Source: Nitrospirota bacterium
GTDB taxonomy: Bacteria > Nitrospirota > UBA9217
Assembly: GCA_963845065.1 (NCBI GenBank)
Contig: CAWJQQ010000005.1
Location: 320,001 to 384,000, forward strand
Length of the DNA stretch: 64,000 nucleotides
Reading direction: 5' to 3'
How positions within the stretch are numbered: the first letter of the stretch is position 1; each line of letters begins with the position of its first letter. Under the pieces are notes generated by a model. That model saw nothing but the letters and a program-made list of their open reading frames with translations. It was not told the origin of the DNA and made no database searches. Position numbers and translations under genes: made by a program. Below, one piece after another: positions 28,129 through 38,286 of this stretch.

Positions 28129-29634
28129 CTACACCATAACGACCTCATACTGTTCCTGGTGCAGGTTGGGGTCCGCTTTGATAACGATCTTTTTTTGGAA
28201 TTCTTTCTCTAGTTCCTCTACGCCCTGCCGTTCCTCGTCATACAGCATATCAGCAACCATGGAATTGACGGTGACGAGCGCCTTTTTTTCATCTGCACTC
28301 GTGAATGCCCTCCGCAGTTCACGCAAGACCTCATAGCATACCGTGCGACTCGATTTGATGTAGCCGCGACCATCACAGTAGGGGCAGGGTTCGCACAATG
28401 TACGCCCGAGGCTCTCCCGGATGCGTTTCCTTGTCATTTCAATAAGGCCGATGGGTGAAATATGTGAAATCGTGGTCTTGGCTTTATCGTTTGCCAATGC
28501 TTCCTGGAGTGCTGAATAGACCTTCCGGCGATTGTCCTCCCGCTCCATATCGATAAAATCAAGAATAATGATACCACCGATGTTCCGTAAGCGAAGCTGA
28601 TAGGCGATCTCACGCACGGCCTCGAGGTTCGTCTTTAATATCGTATCCTCAAGTGTACGCTTGCCAACGTACCTTCCAGTGTTGACGTCGATCGCTGCCA
28701 GCGCTTCGGTCTGGTCCACGATGATATACCCCCCCGACTTGAGCCAAACCTTCCTGCCAAGAGCGCGTGAGATCTCTATCTCGACCCCATAGTGGTCGAA
28801 GATGGGGTCGTCACCATCATAGGGCTTGACGCGCCTGCCGAGCTGCGGAATGTAGGAGTCGACAAATTCTCTGACGCGCTGATACTCGTCAGGTGAGTCG
28901 ATTACCATCTTGTCTACATCACGAGTGAAAACGTCCCGGATTACGCGAAAGACAAGATCGAGCTCATTGTGTAGGAGCGCCGGGGCGGAGGCCCGCTCCT
29001 TTTTTTTCTGAACGTTGTCCCAGAGCCGACTGAGGAACTCAATGTCAGCGACGAAGTCGTCCTCGCTTCGTCCCTGACTCGCGGTCCTGATTATGTAGCC
29101 GGTATTCGGTTTTCTGAGCCGGCTGACGATCTCACGAAGCCGTTTGCGTTCCTCGCCGTTTTCGATGCGACGCGATACGCCGATATGGTTCACGCCGGGC
29201 ATCATGACAAGATAGCGGCCCGGGATGCTGATATAAGTCGTCACCCGTGCACCCTTGGTGCTGATCGGCTCCTTGGACACCTGCACAAGAATTTCCTGGC
29301 CTTCCTGCAGGAGGTCTTCGATCTGGTTCGCATGGGCTCGTTTTCGCTTCGGTTCGATTTCGAGCTCAAGGCCTTCGTCCTCCATCAGGGGCGTGTATTC
29401 CGACGTACTGTCGAATACATCACCAACATAGAGGAACGCTGATTTTTCAAGACCAATGTCGATGAACGCGGCCTGCATTCCCGGAAGGACTTTCATGATC
29501 CTGCCTTTGTAAACATTGCCGGCGATGCCGCGGTCTTTTTTTCGGTCTATATATATTTCCGTGACGAGGCTGTTTTCGAGTAGTGCCACGCGAGCTTCCT
29601 CGCGTCCTGCGTTTACGATGATCTCAGATGACAT
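28129..29634 (-). CDS. rng: Ribonuclease G (Rne/Rng family)
   Basis: GNVYKG...VLPGMQAAFIDIG, IDVNTG, TNLEA, LRLRNIGGIII.DFIDM, CPYCDG. Confidence 0.93.
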   Translation of the reverse strand: MSSEIIVNAGREEARVALLENSLVTEIYIDRKKDRGIAGNVYKGRIMKVLPGMQAAFIDIGLEKSAFLYVGDVFDSTSEYTPLMEDEGLELEIEPKRKRAHANQIEDLLQEGQEILVQVSKEPISTKGARVTTYISIPGRYLVMMPGVNHIGVSRRIENGEERKRLREIVSRLRKPNTGYIIRTASQGRSEDDFVADIEFLSRLWDNVQKKKERASAPALLHNELDLVFRVIRDVFTRDVDKMVIDSPDEYQRVREFVDSYIPQLGRRVKPYDGDDPIFDHYGVEIEISRALGRKVWLKSGGYIIVDQTEALAAIDVNTGRYVGKRTLEDTILKTNLEAVREIAYQLRLRNIGGIIILDFIDMEREDNRRKVYSALQEALANDKAKTTISHISPIGLIEMTRKRIRESLGRTLCEPCPYCDGRGYIKSSRTVCYEVLRELRRAFTSADEKKALVTVNSMVADMLYDEERQGVEELEKEFQKKIVIKADPNLHQEQYEVVMV

Positions 29635-29786
29635 GCCATCTCCTTGGGATTTTGTCTTAGTACTTTTCTATTTTATTATAAGTTGAGCCGGTAAACAAGA
29701 ACAAAAAGAAATTTAAGGGGCCTGACCGGTAGCGAATTACCCTGTTTTCCTGTTTCAGTGTGCTTCCAGTGGTTGCTTGGGTATTC

Positions 29787-29802
29787 TGGCATTAAACTTG
29801 CT
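29787..29802 (+). promoter_or_regulatory. sigma54 (-24/-12) promoter of GGDEF gene
   Basis: TGGCATTAAACTTGCT with exact spacing, followed by RBS GAAAGGA and ATG at 29830. Confidence 0.7.
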
Positions 29803-29829
29803 TTTACAATGATTGAAAGGACGTGGATC

Positions 29830-30930
29830 ATGCGATACTCGATTAAACGACTCTTAAGCAATGCCAGGACATTGGTTGACCTCAGTTTTCGCTTCGTCCG
29901 GGGTGTTGATTATCTGACTTTGAGCCAATATATTCTTAAAATTAATAAGCATAAGGAAATTGATGCGATTCTATATGAACTTTCGAGATGTTTGAAGGAA
30001 ATTCTGGATTATGAACTTTTTGGCTTTGCCCTGAAACAGGGAAAATCAATGGATCTCTGGATAGATCCCAGGATTTACAGCTTACAATTCAAGAGTTTTA
30101 TAATAAATGATTACGATAGTCAAAATATTGACTGTGTAATCCATAATTTTGAGGATCAAATACTAGAAAATAGTCATAGTTCTGACATGGTTAACTTCAA
30201 TAACTTGATATCTTATGTGGTTACTGATGGAACTTATTCAGCCCGGTTATATATTTTGCCGAAAAAGAAAATACTCCTTCATCACAATGTAATCATCAAT
30301 ACGATCATCAGTTCCATTAATATCGCCTTAGAAAAGAATCTAAATATTCAACAGCTTGAAAACGCAGCTGTCCTTGATCCATTGACATTTTGCTATAATC
30401 GTCGAGCTCTTGATACTTTTCTTGAGAATGATATTGCGTATGCGAAACGAAACGGTATTGACCTCTCAGTCGTCATGCTCGATTTGGACGATTTCAAAAA
30501 GATTAATGACGTTTACGGTCATCTTGCAGGAGATGAGGTACTCAAGTCAATTTCCAGGCTTATTTCTTCAATGGTGAGGAAATCCGATTATCTAGTACGA
30601 TATGGCGGTGAAGAATTCGTCCTCGTATTGCCTGATTCGACTTTGTATAGTGCTGTTGAGGTGGCGCACAAGATCAGAAAATTGATAGAAAAACACAGGG
30701 TTCAATTTGAAGGAAAAAGCATTGCCGTGTCTGCAAGTTTTGGGGTGGCTGCCCTAGAAAATAAGCAGGACGGCAGCTTCATTTTACAGGAAGCAGATGA
30801 ACGGTTGTATCGAGCCAAATCGTTGGGTAAAAACACTGTTGTCCCCAGTCTCCTTCCCTGCTTCGCCGATAAACATTTCGTATCGCGAAAACCAGAAAGG
30901 CGTTATGCCGGCAACGGAAGTATGAAATAG
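29830..30930 (+). CDS. Diguanylate cyclase (GGEEF) with unrecognised N-terminal domain
   Basis: DPLT..YNRR, DLDDFKKINDVYGHLAGD, RKSD I-site, RYGGEEF, AD.RLY.AK..GKN; visibly AT-rich. Confidence 0.92.
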   Translation: MRYSIKRLLSNARTLVDLSFRFVRGVDYLTLSQYILKINKHKEIDAILYELSRCLKEILDYELFGFALKQGKSMDLWIDPRIYSLQFKSFIINDYDSQNIDCVIHNFEDQILENSHSSDMVNFNNLISYVVTDGTYSARLYILPKKKILLHHNVIINTIISSINIALEKNLNIQQLENAAVLDPLTFCYNRRALDTFLENDIAYAKRNGIDLSVVMLDLDDFKKINDVYGHLAGDEVLKSISRLISSMVRKSDYLVRYGGEEFVLVLPDSTLYSAVEVAHKIRKLIEKHRVQFEGKSIAVSASFGVAALENKQDGSFILQEADERLYRAKSLGKNTVVPSLLPCFADKHFVSRKPERRYAGNGSMK

Positions 30931-30931
30931 C

Positions 30932-30967
30932 CGGGGAAATAATTTCCATGAGGGAAGAATTTTCCCG
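30932..30967. terminator. Hairpin between convergent genes (possible bidirectional terminator)
   Basis: CGGGGAAATAATTTCC...GGGAAGAATTTTCCCG imperfect inverted repeat. Confidence 0.45.
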
Positions 30968-30968
30968 T

Positions 30969-33494
30969 TCAGCCTGAGGTTTCCATCGGGTTTTTCCAGA
31001 CGGTCTTATCCCATGAATACATCCCTATTCGCTTGACCCGGAAATCATTTAGTTGATCGGTTCCCAGTGCAAAGAGCTGCGCGAGAACATCCTGAAAACG
31101 TGGTTTGAATTGGTTTCTATCTATGAGGACAATTTCAACAATTGCTGGAATTGTTTCAGTACGCACCGAGATTGACTCGATGCACGGCCGAAGTTCCTTC
31201 GGTGTTCTTTCTTTAACTACGATCAATGAGGTTTGGGATAAAAAGGTTTTTACTCGCTCTTCTATATTGTTGCCATATGGCACAGGCACATTCACCTCGT
31301 AAACGTACTTGCCGATGCTGCCCGAAAGTGAGGGCGCCTTTGAGGAAATCATCCGAGACTCGAGAATACCGATACCCTCGGGAAGCACCTGGTCGAAGGC
31401 TTTCATGATCTCCTGTGGTTCGATGTACCAGCAGATCTCCATGTCCAGATATTCAGCCGAACTTTCTACACCGACTGGGAGAGCGGGGCCGAAGGATATC
31501 TTCGGATGGGGATTGAAACCGTGGGAAAAGACGATTGGTACTCGGGCGCGCGCGGCTGCCCGTTGAAAAAGAGTCATAAGATCCAAGTGAGAAAGAAAGC
31601 GAAGCCGCCCCATTTTCGTGAATTTCATCCGGTAACGAACCGTCAAGTCTTGTTTCATCGGATGAGCTATCTTTGATTGTATAGAGCCACTGATTCCGAT
31701 CGGATTACTGATCTTGGGAGTAAGCGCTTGCTCAGAGACGGCCGATTTCCCAAAGCCGACGGTGCCCCCGTCTCTGCAGCCGATACCACAATGTTCGCAA
31801 GTCACACGGCAGTTTTCCGTAATTTCAGCGGCCAGCGCCTGCTCGTACTCGCACAGAAGAAATTTTTTTGTTATGCCACTTTGAATATGATCCCAAGGCA
31901 GCGCGTCGACCGGATCGTAGCTGCGTGATGCGAGGGCCATCGGGTCCATGCCACAGGACAAGAACGCCTGCTCCCACTTCGAAAAATCAAAACATTCAGC
32001 CCACCCGTCAAACCGGCAGCCACGCCGCACTGCCTCTTCGATTACGATGCCAATGCTTGCATCCCCACGTGCAAATGCGCTCTCGATCACGCTCGTTTTA
32101 GGGTCATGAGGTTTGAACGCTATTCCTTTTTTTCGCAAACCTTTTTCAAGGTAAGCCTGTTTCTTTTTGATTTCCTCCCTCGTTGCCTGTCCAAACCACT
32201 GGAAGGGAGTATGGGGTTTCGGTACGAACGTCGATACCGTTATGTTGATCTGCACGTTCCGTTTTGAAGATTTTTTGCCAACGAGGAGTATTTCTTGCGC
32301 AAGCCTGATTATACCGTCAAGGTCTTCGTCGGTTTCCGTCGGGAGCCCGATCATGAAGTAGAGTTTCAACACACTCCACCCTGAACTAAAAATCGTCTTT
32401 GCTGCATTCAAAAGGTCTAAATCTGAAACTGGTTTATTGATCACGCGTCGTAACCGTTCGGTTCCGGCTTCGGGAGCCAGCGTAAAGCCGGACTTGCGAA
32501 CCCCCGCAACGGCCTTGATCATCTCTGTCGTGAGCGTTCCTATGCGGAGCGATGGGAGTGATATGGAAATGCGGTTACCTTGATAAGTGCTTACCAGGTC
32601 CTGCATGAGCGGCTGGATATCCGAATAATCGCCGGCACTGAGCGATGCTAATGAAAGTTCATCGTACCCGGTGCAGCGGAGGGACTCTCGCAGAAGGTCC
32701 TTAACCCGCGCTGTGCTCCTTTCACGGTAGGGGCGATAAATGATTCCTGCCTGACAGAATCGGCAGCCGCGAATGCAGCCGCGCGCGACTTCTACAGTTA
32801 CTCGATCATGGATAGGCTTCATGAGGGGGAGTAGGGGTTGATCGGGATAGGACGCGGAATCAAGGTTCTTTATAAAACGCCTGCGTACGGCCTTTCTCCC
32901 CAATGCAGGGACGTAGTAGCCTTCGCACTGAGCAAGCGCTTCAAGAAAGCCACGTTTGCTTTTGTGCACCTGGCGCAGTTTGACAATCTCATGAACGGCT
33001 TCTTCCGCTTCTCCGATGAAAAAGACATCGATGAATGCTGAGAGCGGTTCAGGATTAACCGCGCAGGGACCTCCGGCAATGACAACAGGCTGATCGTCTG
33101 TGCGTTGCGCGGAGCGGAGTGGTATGTGTGCCAAATCTAGACCTGCAAGAACATTGGAGTAACACAGCTCGTACTGGAGCGTAATGCCGATAATATCGAA
33201 CTGTGCGAGCGGAAGGTCTGACTCAAGGCTTGTCAGAGTTCTGCCGGACGTTCGAAGGTGTTGCTCATAGTCCGTCCAGGGCGAAAACACCCGCTCGCAT
33301 GCCGTATCGCTCCTGCTGTTTAGGATGTGGTAGAGGATGCGTAAGCCTAAGTGTGACATTCCCACTTCGTAGGCATCGGGGAAAAAAAGGCATACCTTGG
33401 TCTTTACCTTCGATAGGTCTTTATGGATGGCATTGATCTCGTTGTTGATATACCTACTCGGCTTGGCGACGAGCGGGAGAAAATCTTCGTACAT
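30969..33494 (-). CDS. B12-binding-like radical SAM protein (TIGR03960-type) fused to radical SAM-linked domain (TIGR03936/DUF2344-type)
   Basis: KPSRY, FPDAYEVGMSHLG, CIRGCRFC motif; C-terminal FLSHLD, GFNPHPKISF; between rodA and rng. Confidence 0.88.
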   Translation of the reverse strand: MYEDFLPLVAKPSRYINNEINAIHKDLSKVKTKVCLFFPDAYEVGMSHLGLRILYHILNSRSDTACERVFSPWTDYEQHLRTSGRTLTSLESDLPLAQFDIIGITLQYELCYSNVLAGLDLAHIPLRSAQRTDDQPVVIAGGPCAVNPEPLSAFIDVFFIGEAEEAVHEIVKLRQVHKSKRGFLEALAQCEGYYVPALGRKAVRRRFIKNLDSASYPDQPLLPLMKPIHDRVTVEVARGCIRGCRFCQAGIIYRPYRERSTARVKDLLRESLRCTGYDELSLASLSAGDYSDIQPLMQDLVSTYQGNRISISLPSLRIGTLTTEMIKAVAGVRKSGFTLAPEAGTERLRRVINKPVSDLDLLNAAKTIFSSGWSVLKLYFMIGLPTETDEDLDGIIRLAQEILLVGKKSSKRNVQINITVSTFVPKPHTPFQWFGQATREEIKKKQAYLEKGLRKKGIAFKPHDPKTSVIESAFARGDASIGIVIEEAVRRGCRFDGWAECFDFSKWEQAFLSCGMDPMALASRSYDPVDALPWDHIQSGITKKFLLCEYEQALAAEITENCRVTCEHCGIGCRDGGTVGFGKSAVSEQALTPKISNPIGISGSIQSKIAHPMKQDLTVRYRMKFTKMGRLRFLSHLDLMTLFQRAAARARVPIVFSHGFNPHPKISFGPALPVGVESSAEYLDMEICWYIEPQEIMKAFDQVLPEGIGILESRMISSKAPSLSGSIGKYVYEVNVPVPYGNNIEERVKTFLSQTSLIVVKERTPKELRPCIESISVRTETIPAIVEIVLIDRNQFKPRFQDVLAQLFALGTDQLNDFRVKRIGMYSWDKTVWKNPMETSG

Positions 33495-33591
33495 GTGACT
33501 CCTTTAAAGCTGGGGCCAAGGTGCAAAGGCTGGGGACCAGTGGGGGAACGTCCTAGCCCCAGAAAACTGACTTCTAGACACTATTTTTTAG

Positions 33592-34043
33592 GCAGCCAGC
33601 GCGGGAAACCACACATAATTTAGCCGCGGGATAAAAGCGCTGAACCTGCATAGATGACAAATGTATACTACTATGATATCAATGTACCCATGCTTCATTG
33701 CAGGGAAACGGTTCCCTGCTCTGGTTTGCTGAAATCAAAAGTATGGGGTTCTGGCAAGAAGGTTGCCAGGTAAAACTTTTTACCCGGAAAGACTAGTACA
33801 CTGTCAAACTAATTCTTGATGGTATTTCACTCAGTTTGTTTGTCACCCCGGCATTTTTTTAGCAGGAAAGACGGCGCGGAACTATCAATAACTAAATTGA
33901 CGGTGTACTAGTTCCACACAATCGTGATTCGAATGGCAGGGGCGTCCGACCATTGGAAGAGGAACCGTAGGACTTCCAAAGTTTCTGGCAGCAGTTCACC
34001 TGTATCCGGAATCCCACATGCTTTAGCGTTGGGAGTACGTCAA
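33592..34043 (+). mobile_element. Internally deleted IS605-type (tnpB) element relic
   Basis: TTAG|14 nt|AAAC left end; TnpB C-terminal traces (PGKTS, HNRDSN); right end GAAT-hairpin-GTACGTCAA. Confidence 0.6.
33793..33911. mobile_element. MITE bounded by CTAG with ~22-bp imperfect terminal inverted repeats
   Basis: CTAGTACACTGTCAAACTAATT ... AACTAAATTGACGGTGTACTAG (18/22 complementary). Confidence 0.65.
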
Positions 34044-35170
34044 TAGAACAGCATAAATCGCCGCGTCTGTATATTCAAGAGCAATCCGATAGCAAGGAAG
34101 GTAGTAATGATAGATGTGCCACCGTAACTAACAAGCGGAAGAGGCACGCCGACGACCGGCACGATGCCCAATGCCATGCCCACGTTAATGAATATGTAGA
34201 GCGAGATCATGCCTACTATGCCGCCTGCCATGAGAACGCCGAGGCGGTCTTTTGCGTTCTTCGCCGTGTCCACCCCCACGAGAAGGAAGATTAAATAGAG
34301 CAGGATCAACACCCCCGAGCCGACCAGTCCCATTTCCTCGGCAATGACTGCGAAAATAAAGTCTGTATGTCGCTCCGGTAGAAATGCCATTTGGCTCTGT
34401 GTTCCTTGCAGGTACCCCTTGCCCGTGATCTGGCCCGATCCGACTGCAATTTTCGACTGGTTAGCATGGTATCCGCTTCCGAGGGGATCGGAGCTTGGGT
34501 CGATAAACGACCTGATCCTGTTTTGTTGATAGGGTTTGAACCCCCCCCAAATCTTGTGGCGCACCGGCTGAACAAACAGGATAAGCGAAACAATGACCGC
34601 GGCGCTGACCATGACGATCAAGACCGATCGTAGGCGAATGCCCGCGAGAACGATAATGATGGAAGACGTCAGGAGCAGTATCAACGCTGTGCCAAGATCA
34701 GGCTGCTTGAGTACCAGTATCAGAGGAACCAGAACCATGGCACCGGGAATGGCCAGGTCGCTGAGGCCGTAGCCGCCTCGACGGGGGTCCTCTGCAAAGT
34801 ATCGAGCTAAAGCAAGCGTGAGTGATAGCTTGGTGAGCTCAGAGGGCTGAAAGGCAAATGGACCGATAGCCAGCCACCGCTGCGCACCCATGCCACTCTT
34901 TCCGATTACCATGACGAGTATTAGCAGAAAAAGAGAGATCGCATACATGACATACGCATAACGTCCTACGGTGTGATAATCTATAATGAGAGTGAATAAC
35001 ATGACGATTATGCCCATGGACACCCACATAATCTGCTTATAGTAGAGAGGCGAAGGCCCCATGGATGTATAGGTTGCGCTGTAGACGGCGGCAAGACCGA
35101 CAAATGTAATGCCAAATATGATGCAGACCATGCCCCAGGGCAGATTAGTGAACCATCTTTGATTCATCAT
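34040..35170 (-). CDS. rodA: Rod shape-determining protein RodA (SEDS)
   Basis: GAQRW, QPSE..K, QPDLGT, DPLGSGY, PERHTDFIF, GVPLPLVSYGG. Confidence 0.96.
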   Translation of the reverse strand: MMNQRWFTNLPWGMVCIIFGITFVGLAAVYSATYTSMGPSPLYYKQIMWVSMGIIVMLFTLIIDYHTVGRYAYVMYAISLFLLILVMVIGKSGMGAQRWLAIGPFAFQPSELTKLSLTLALARYFAEDPRRGGYGLSDLAIPGAMVLVPLILVLKQPDLGTALILLLTSSIIIVLAGIRLRSVLIVMVSAAVIVSLILFVQPVRHKIWGGFKPYQQNRIRSFIDPSSDPLGSGYHANQSKIAVGSGQITGKGYLQGTQSQMAFLPERHTDFIFAVIAEEMGLVGSGVLILLYLIFLLVGVDTAKNAKDRLGVLMAGGIVGMISLYIFINVGMALGIVPVVGVPLPLVSYGGTSIITTFLAIGLLLNIQTRRFMLFY

Positions 35171-36953
35171 TCTTTAAATACTCCTCAATGACTTTTCGTG
35201 CAATGGGCGCAGCCGCGCTGCCGCCGTGAACACCGTGCTCGACAATAACGGCCACGGCAATTTTAGGATGATCGAACGGCGCGTAGCCGATGAACCAGGC
35301 GTGATCCGCCGCATTCTTCGCCAGCACCCTTCCTCGAACTTTCTGAGCGACGACCTGGGATGAGCCGGTCTTGCCCGCAACGATAGTAAGGGGCGTCTGG
35401 GCCCCGTGGCCGGTGCCTCCCGGTTCATTGACCACGCCAGCCAGGGCGGTGCGCACTGCCTCGAGTGCTTTCGGGTCGAGGGTGACGTTAGTTACATGGT
35501 CAGAAGTGAAAGTTTTGACTACACCGGTCTCCCGATTCCTCGTTTGTTTAAGTAGTATGGGGCGGTGCAAATGGCCACCGTTCGCGATGGCGCTTATCAT
35601 CTCGCAAGCTTGGATCGGGCTGACCAGAACGAAACCCTGACCTATAGAATTGATATATGTGTCTCCGGCATACCACGGTTCGCCCGTCTGCTTTTTCTTC
35701 CACTCGACTGTGGGAATGAGACCTGGTTTTTCGTCGGGCAGAAGGATGCCGGTCAGACTGCCGTATCCAAGTTTCTTTGCGTACTCGGCAATACGATCCC
35801 ATCCGATCCGTTCACCCATGGTATAGAAATAAACGTCGCAGGATTCAACGATGGCCTGGTGTAATGATACCGGCCCATGACCATCCTTCTTCCAGCATCG
35901 GAAAATGCGGTGACCGATTTTGATCGACCCTTTGCATGTGATTTTTTCGTCCGGATTGATTATCCCCGACTCCAGGCCGGCAAGGGCAACGATAATCTTG
36001 AATGTTGAGCCGGGAGGATAAACGCTCTGGATCGCCCTATTATAAAGCGGATGCACGGGATCATTTGTCAGGCGGATCCAGTCCTTGGGAGAGATTCCTC
36101 TGGGAAAGAGGTTCGGATCGTACGTGGGGTGGCTCGCGATCGCGAGAATCTCTCCGGTGTTCGGGTCCATGGCCACGACGGCGCCGGCACGCTCGCCGAG
36201 TCCTTCTTCTGCGACCTTTTGGACGTCGAGGTCGAGTGTAAGATAGATATCTGTGCCGGGCTTCGGCTCCTCAATCCCGAGATCTTTCACTTTTCGCCCG
36301 GCGGCGTTCACCTGAATCATCCGCCTGCCCGCGATGCCGCGCAGCAGCTTGTCGTAGATCTTCTCGAGCCCGCTCTGGCCAATCAGTAGACCGATGTCCG
36401 GCTGCTGTTTCCGCTGGTTCTGCGCCACCTTGCCAATATAGCCGAGTTGATGAGAGGCGAGTCCATCGTAGGGGTAATGTCTGCGGTGTTCCGGCTCGAT
36501 GATCGTGCCGGGAAGATCTTCCTGGTGCGCTTCGACGAGCGCCACTTCGTCCCAAGGCGCCTCCTCCCGGATTTTGACCGGATCGTATTTAGTTCTTATC
36601 GGCGCGGCGTCATCCAGCGCCGCACGGATCGACTCCGGGGTGACCTTGAGCATAGCCGAGAGCTTGTCGACTGTCGCGTTCAGATCCGGCGTATCCTCTG
36701 GTACGAGCGAAATGTCGAACGTAAGGACGTTTTCTACGATCGGCCTGCCGTTGCGGTCGTAAATAATGCCACGCGGTGGCCTGAGTTTTACCGGCCTTAT
36801 GCGGTTGCTCTCTGCCTGCTCATAGTAATACTCTCCCTTGACCACCTGAAGGTACCAAAGCCGGATGAAGAGAGCCAGCGTAAAGAGGATTATATAAATC
36901 GCCAGTATGGGAAGTCTTTTCTGTATATCGATCGGGCCTTCTTGCTGGTTCAA
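35145..36953 (-). CDS. mrdA: Penicillin-binding protein 2
   Basis: RGIIYDRNG, PPGSTFK (SxxK), SCD, AGKTG, HAWF. Confidence 0.95.
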   Translation of the reverse strand: MNQQEGPIDIQKRLPILAIYIILFTLALFIRLWYLQVVKGEYYYEQAESNRIRPVKLRPPRGIIYDRNGRPIVENVLTFDISLVPEDTPDLNATVDKLSAMLKVTPESIRAALDDAAPIRTKYDPVKIREEAPWDEVALVEAHQEDLPGTIIEPEHRRHYPYDGLASHQLGYIGKVAQNQRKQQPDIGLLIGQSGLEKIYDKLLRGIAGRRMIQVNAAGRKVKDLGIEEPKPGTDIYLTLDLDVQKVAEEGLGERAGAVVAMDPNTGEILAIASHPTYDPNLFPRGISPKDWIRLTNDPVHPLYNRAIQSVYPPGSTFKIIVALAGLESGIINPDEKITCKGSIKIGHRIFRCWKKDGHGPVSLHQAIVESCDVYFYTMGERIGWDRIAEYAKKLGYGSLTGILLPDEKPGLIPTVEWKKKQTGEPWYAGDTYINSIGQGFVLVSPIQACEMISAIANGGHLHRPILLKQTRNRETGVVKTFTSDHVTNVTLDPKALEAVRTALAGVVNEPGGTGHGAQTPLTIVAGKTGSSQVVAQKVRGRVLAKNAADHAWFIGYAPFDHPKIAVAVIVEHGVHGGSAAAPIARKVIEEYLKNDESKMVH

Positions 36954-36954
36954 C

Positions 36955-37467
36955 CTACAGCTCCTTTTGAATATCCCGCCGCTTTAGCATAGTGAGGACT
37001 TTTTTCTTTATTACCAGGTGCAACATGAGGAAACCAAATAAGCCAGTATAAAGGGCTTGCGGGACTATGCGCCTTGCTATGAGGCTGATGAAGGGGACGG
37101 CCCCGGACGTTGTTTGCAGGAAAAGAGAAATATAAATTCCCTCAGCTACGCTGAAAACGACGAGAAAAAGAACTATTGTTGGACTTTCAATGTCAAGGAC
37201 TCTTCTGCCGAGCAGGCCTGCTATAAGCCCGATAATGCCCCGTGAAAGGCCGGTGAAGCCGAGCAAGCTGGCCGAACCGATGTCTTGAATCAGGCCTATA
37301 GCGATGCCCACCAAGGCACCTTCTACCGGGCCTGCTACTAGGCCGACTACAAAGATGAAGGCGAGTGCAAGGTCGGGCCTGATACCGCCAAGGGTCAGGG
37401 GAGCTAGCAGGCTGGCCTGTAAGGGGATGATCAGCAGCAGAACAAGGAAATAAACTAATGGTTTCAT
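36955..37467 (-). CDS. mreD: Rod shape-determining protein MreD
   Basis: Hydrophobic 170 aa with RPDL and G...GLIQD, between mreC and mrdA. Confidence 0.9.
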   Translation of the reverse strand: MKPLVYFLVLLLIIPLQASLLAPLTLGGIRPDLALAFIFVVGLVAGPVEGALVGIAIGLIQDIGSASLLGFTGLSRGIIGLIAGLLGRRVLDIESPTIVLFLVVFSVAEGIYISLFLQTTSGAVPFISLIARRIVPQALYTGLFGFLMLHLVIKKKVLTMLKRRDIQKEL

Positions 37468-38270
37468 TTCGTAAGCACCAGTACTTCTTCGAGGCGGGAT
37501 AAACGAACTGAAGGCACCGCGACCACGGTCTGGAACGGATTGGCTTCGCGCTTTGTCACTTTTACAACGGTCGCTACAGCTAGTCCTTTCGGGTAGATCC
37601 CGTCGAGGCCTGAGGTGACCAGAAGGTCTCCCGCCTGGATGTCCGCATAATAGGAAACATATTTGAGGGCGCAGTTGATCAGCTTGCCTTCAAGTAACCC
37701 TTCTTCGCGATTTCGCTGGACCCTAACGGCAAGCGTGCTTCCAGGATCCGTGAGCAGAAGAACCTTTGATGTTCCAGGAAGAACCGCTTGGATCTTTCCC
37801 ACAACGCCGGCCGATGTAATGACCGCCATGTCTTTTCGAATGCCGCTATCCGATCCTTTGTTGATGGTCATGGTGCTTGATGCAGGAGAGATATCCTTGC
37901 CTATTACCTCGACCATGATCGTGGAAAGCGGTTGGAGTTTCCGGAAATCCAGAGACGCGCGCAGCCGATCATTCTCGAGAAGGAGTTCGTTCAAGATGGA
38001 GTTGTCAAGTCGCAGGTGCTCAACTTCTTCCTTGAGGCGTTGGTTCTCCTGGTCGGTGTGCACGAGGAAACCATACCAGGAACCGACTTCTTCCACTGCA
38101 TTAAAAGACCCGGTTATGATCCGTTCAAAAAAACCGGATACGGCCAGAACCGGTCTTTCCAGAAAGAGGAATCTTCCGTTTTTGACCTGCACAGTGAGCA
38201 GCCAGAACAGAACTACGAAGAGGAAGATTATGAAGATGTATTTTCTATTTTCCGAAACGAAGCCAGGCAT
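37464..38270 (-). CDS. mreC: Rod shape-determining protein MreC
   Basis: N-terminal TM, ENQRL coiled coil, INKGS..G, GDLLVTSGLDGIYPKG. Confidence 0.95.
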   Translation of the reverse strand: MPGFVSENRKYIFIIFLFVVLFWLLTVQVKNGRFLFLERPVLAVSGFFERIITGSFNAVEEVGSWYGFLVHTDQENQRLKEEVEHLRLDNSILNELLLENDRLRASLDFRKLQPLSTIMVEVIGKDISPASSTMTINKGSDSGIRKDMAVITSAGVVGKIQAVLPGTSKVLLLTDPGSTLAVRVQRNREEGLLEGKLINCALKYVSYYADIQAGDLLVTSGLDGIYPKGLAVATVVKVTKREANPFQTVVAVPSVRLSRLEEVLVLTK

Positions 38271-38286
38271 TACATTGCTGCTTTCC

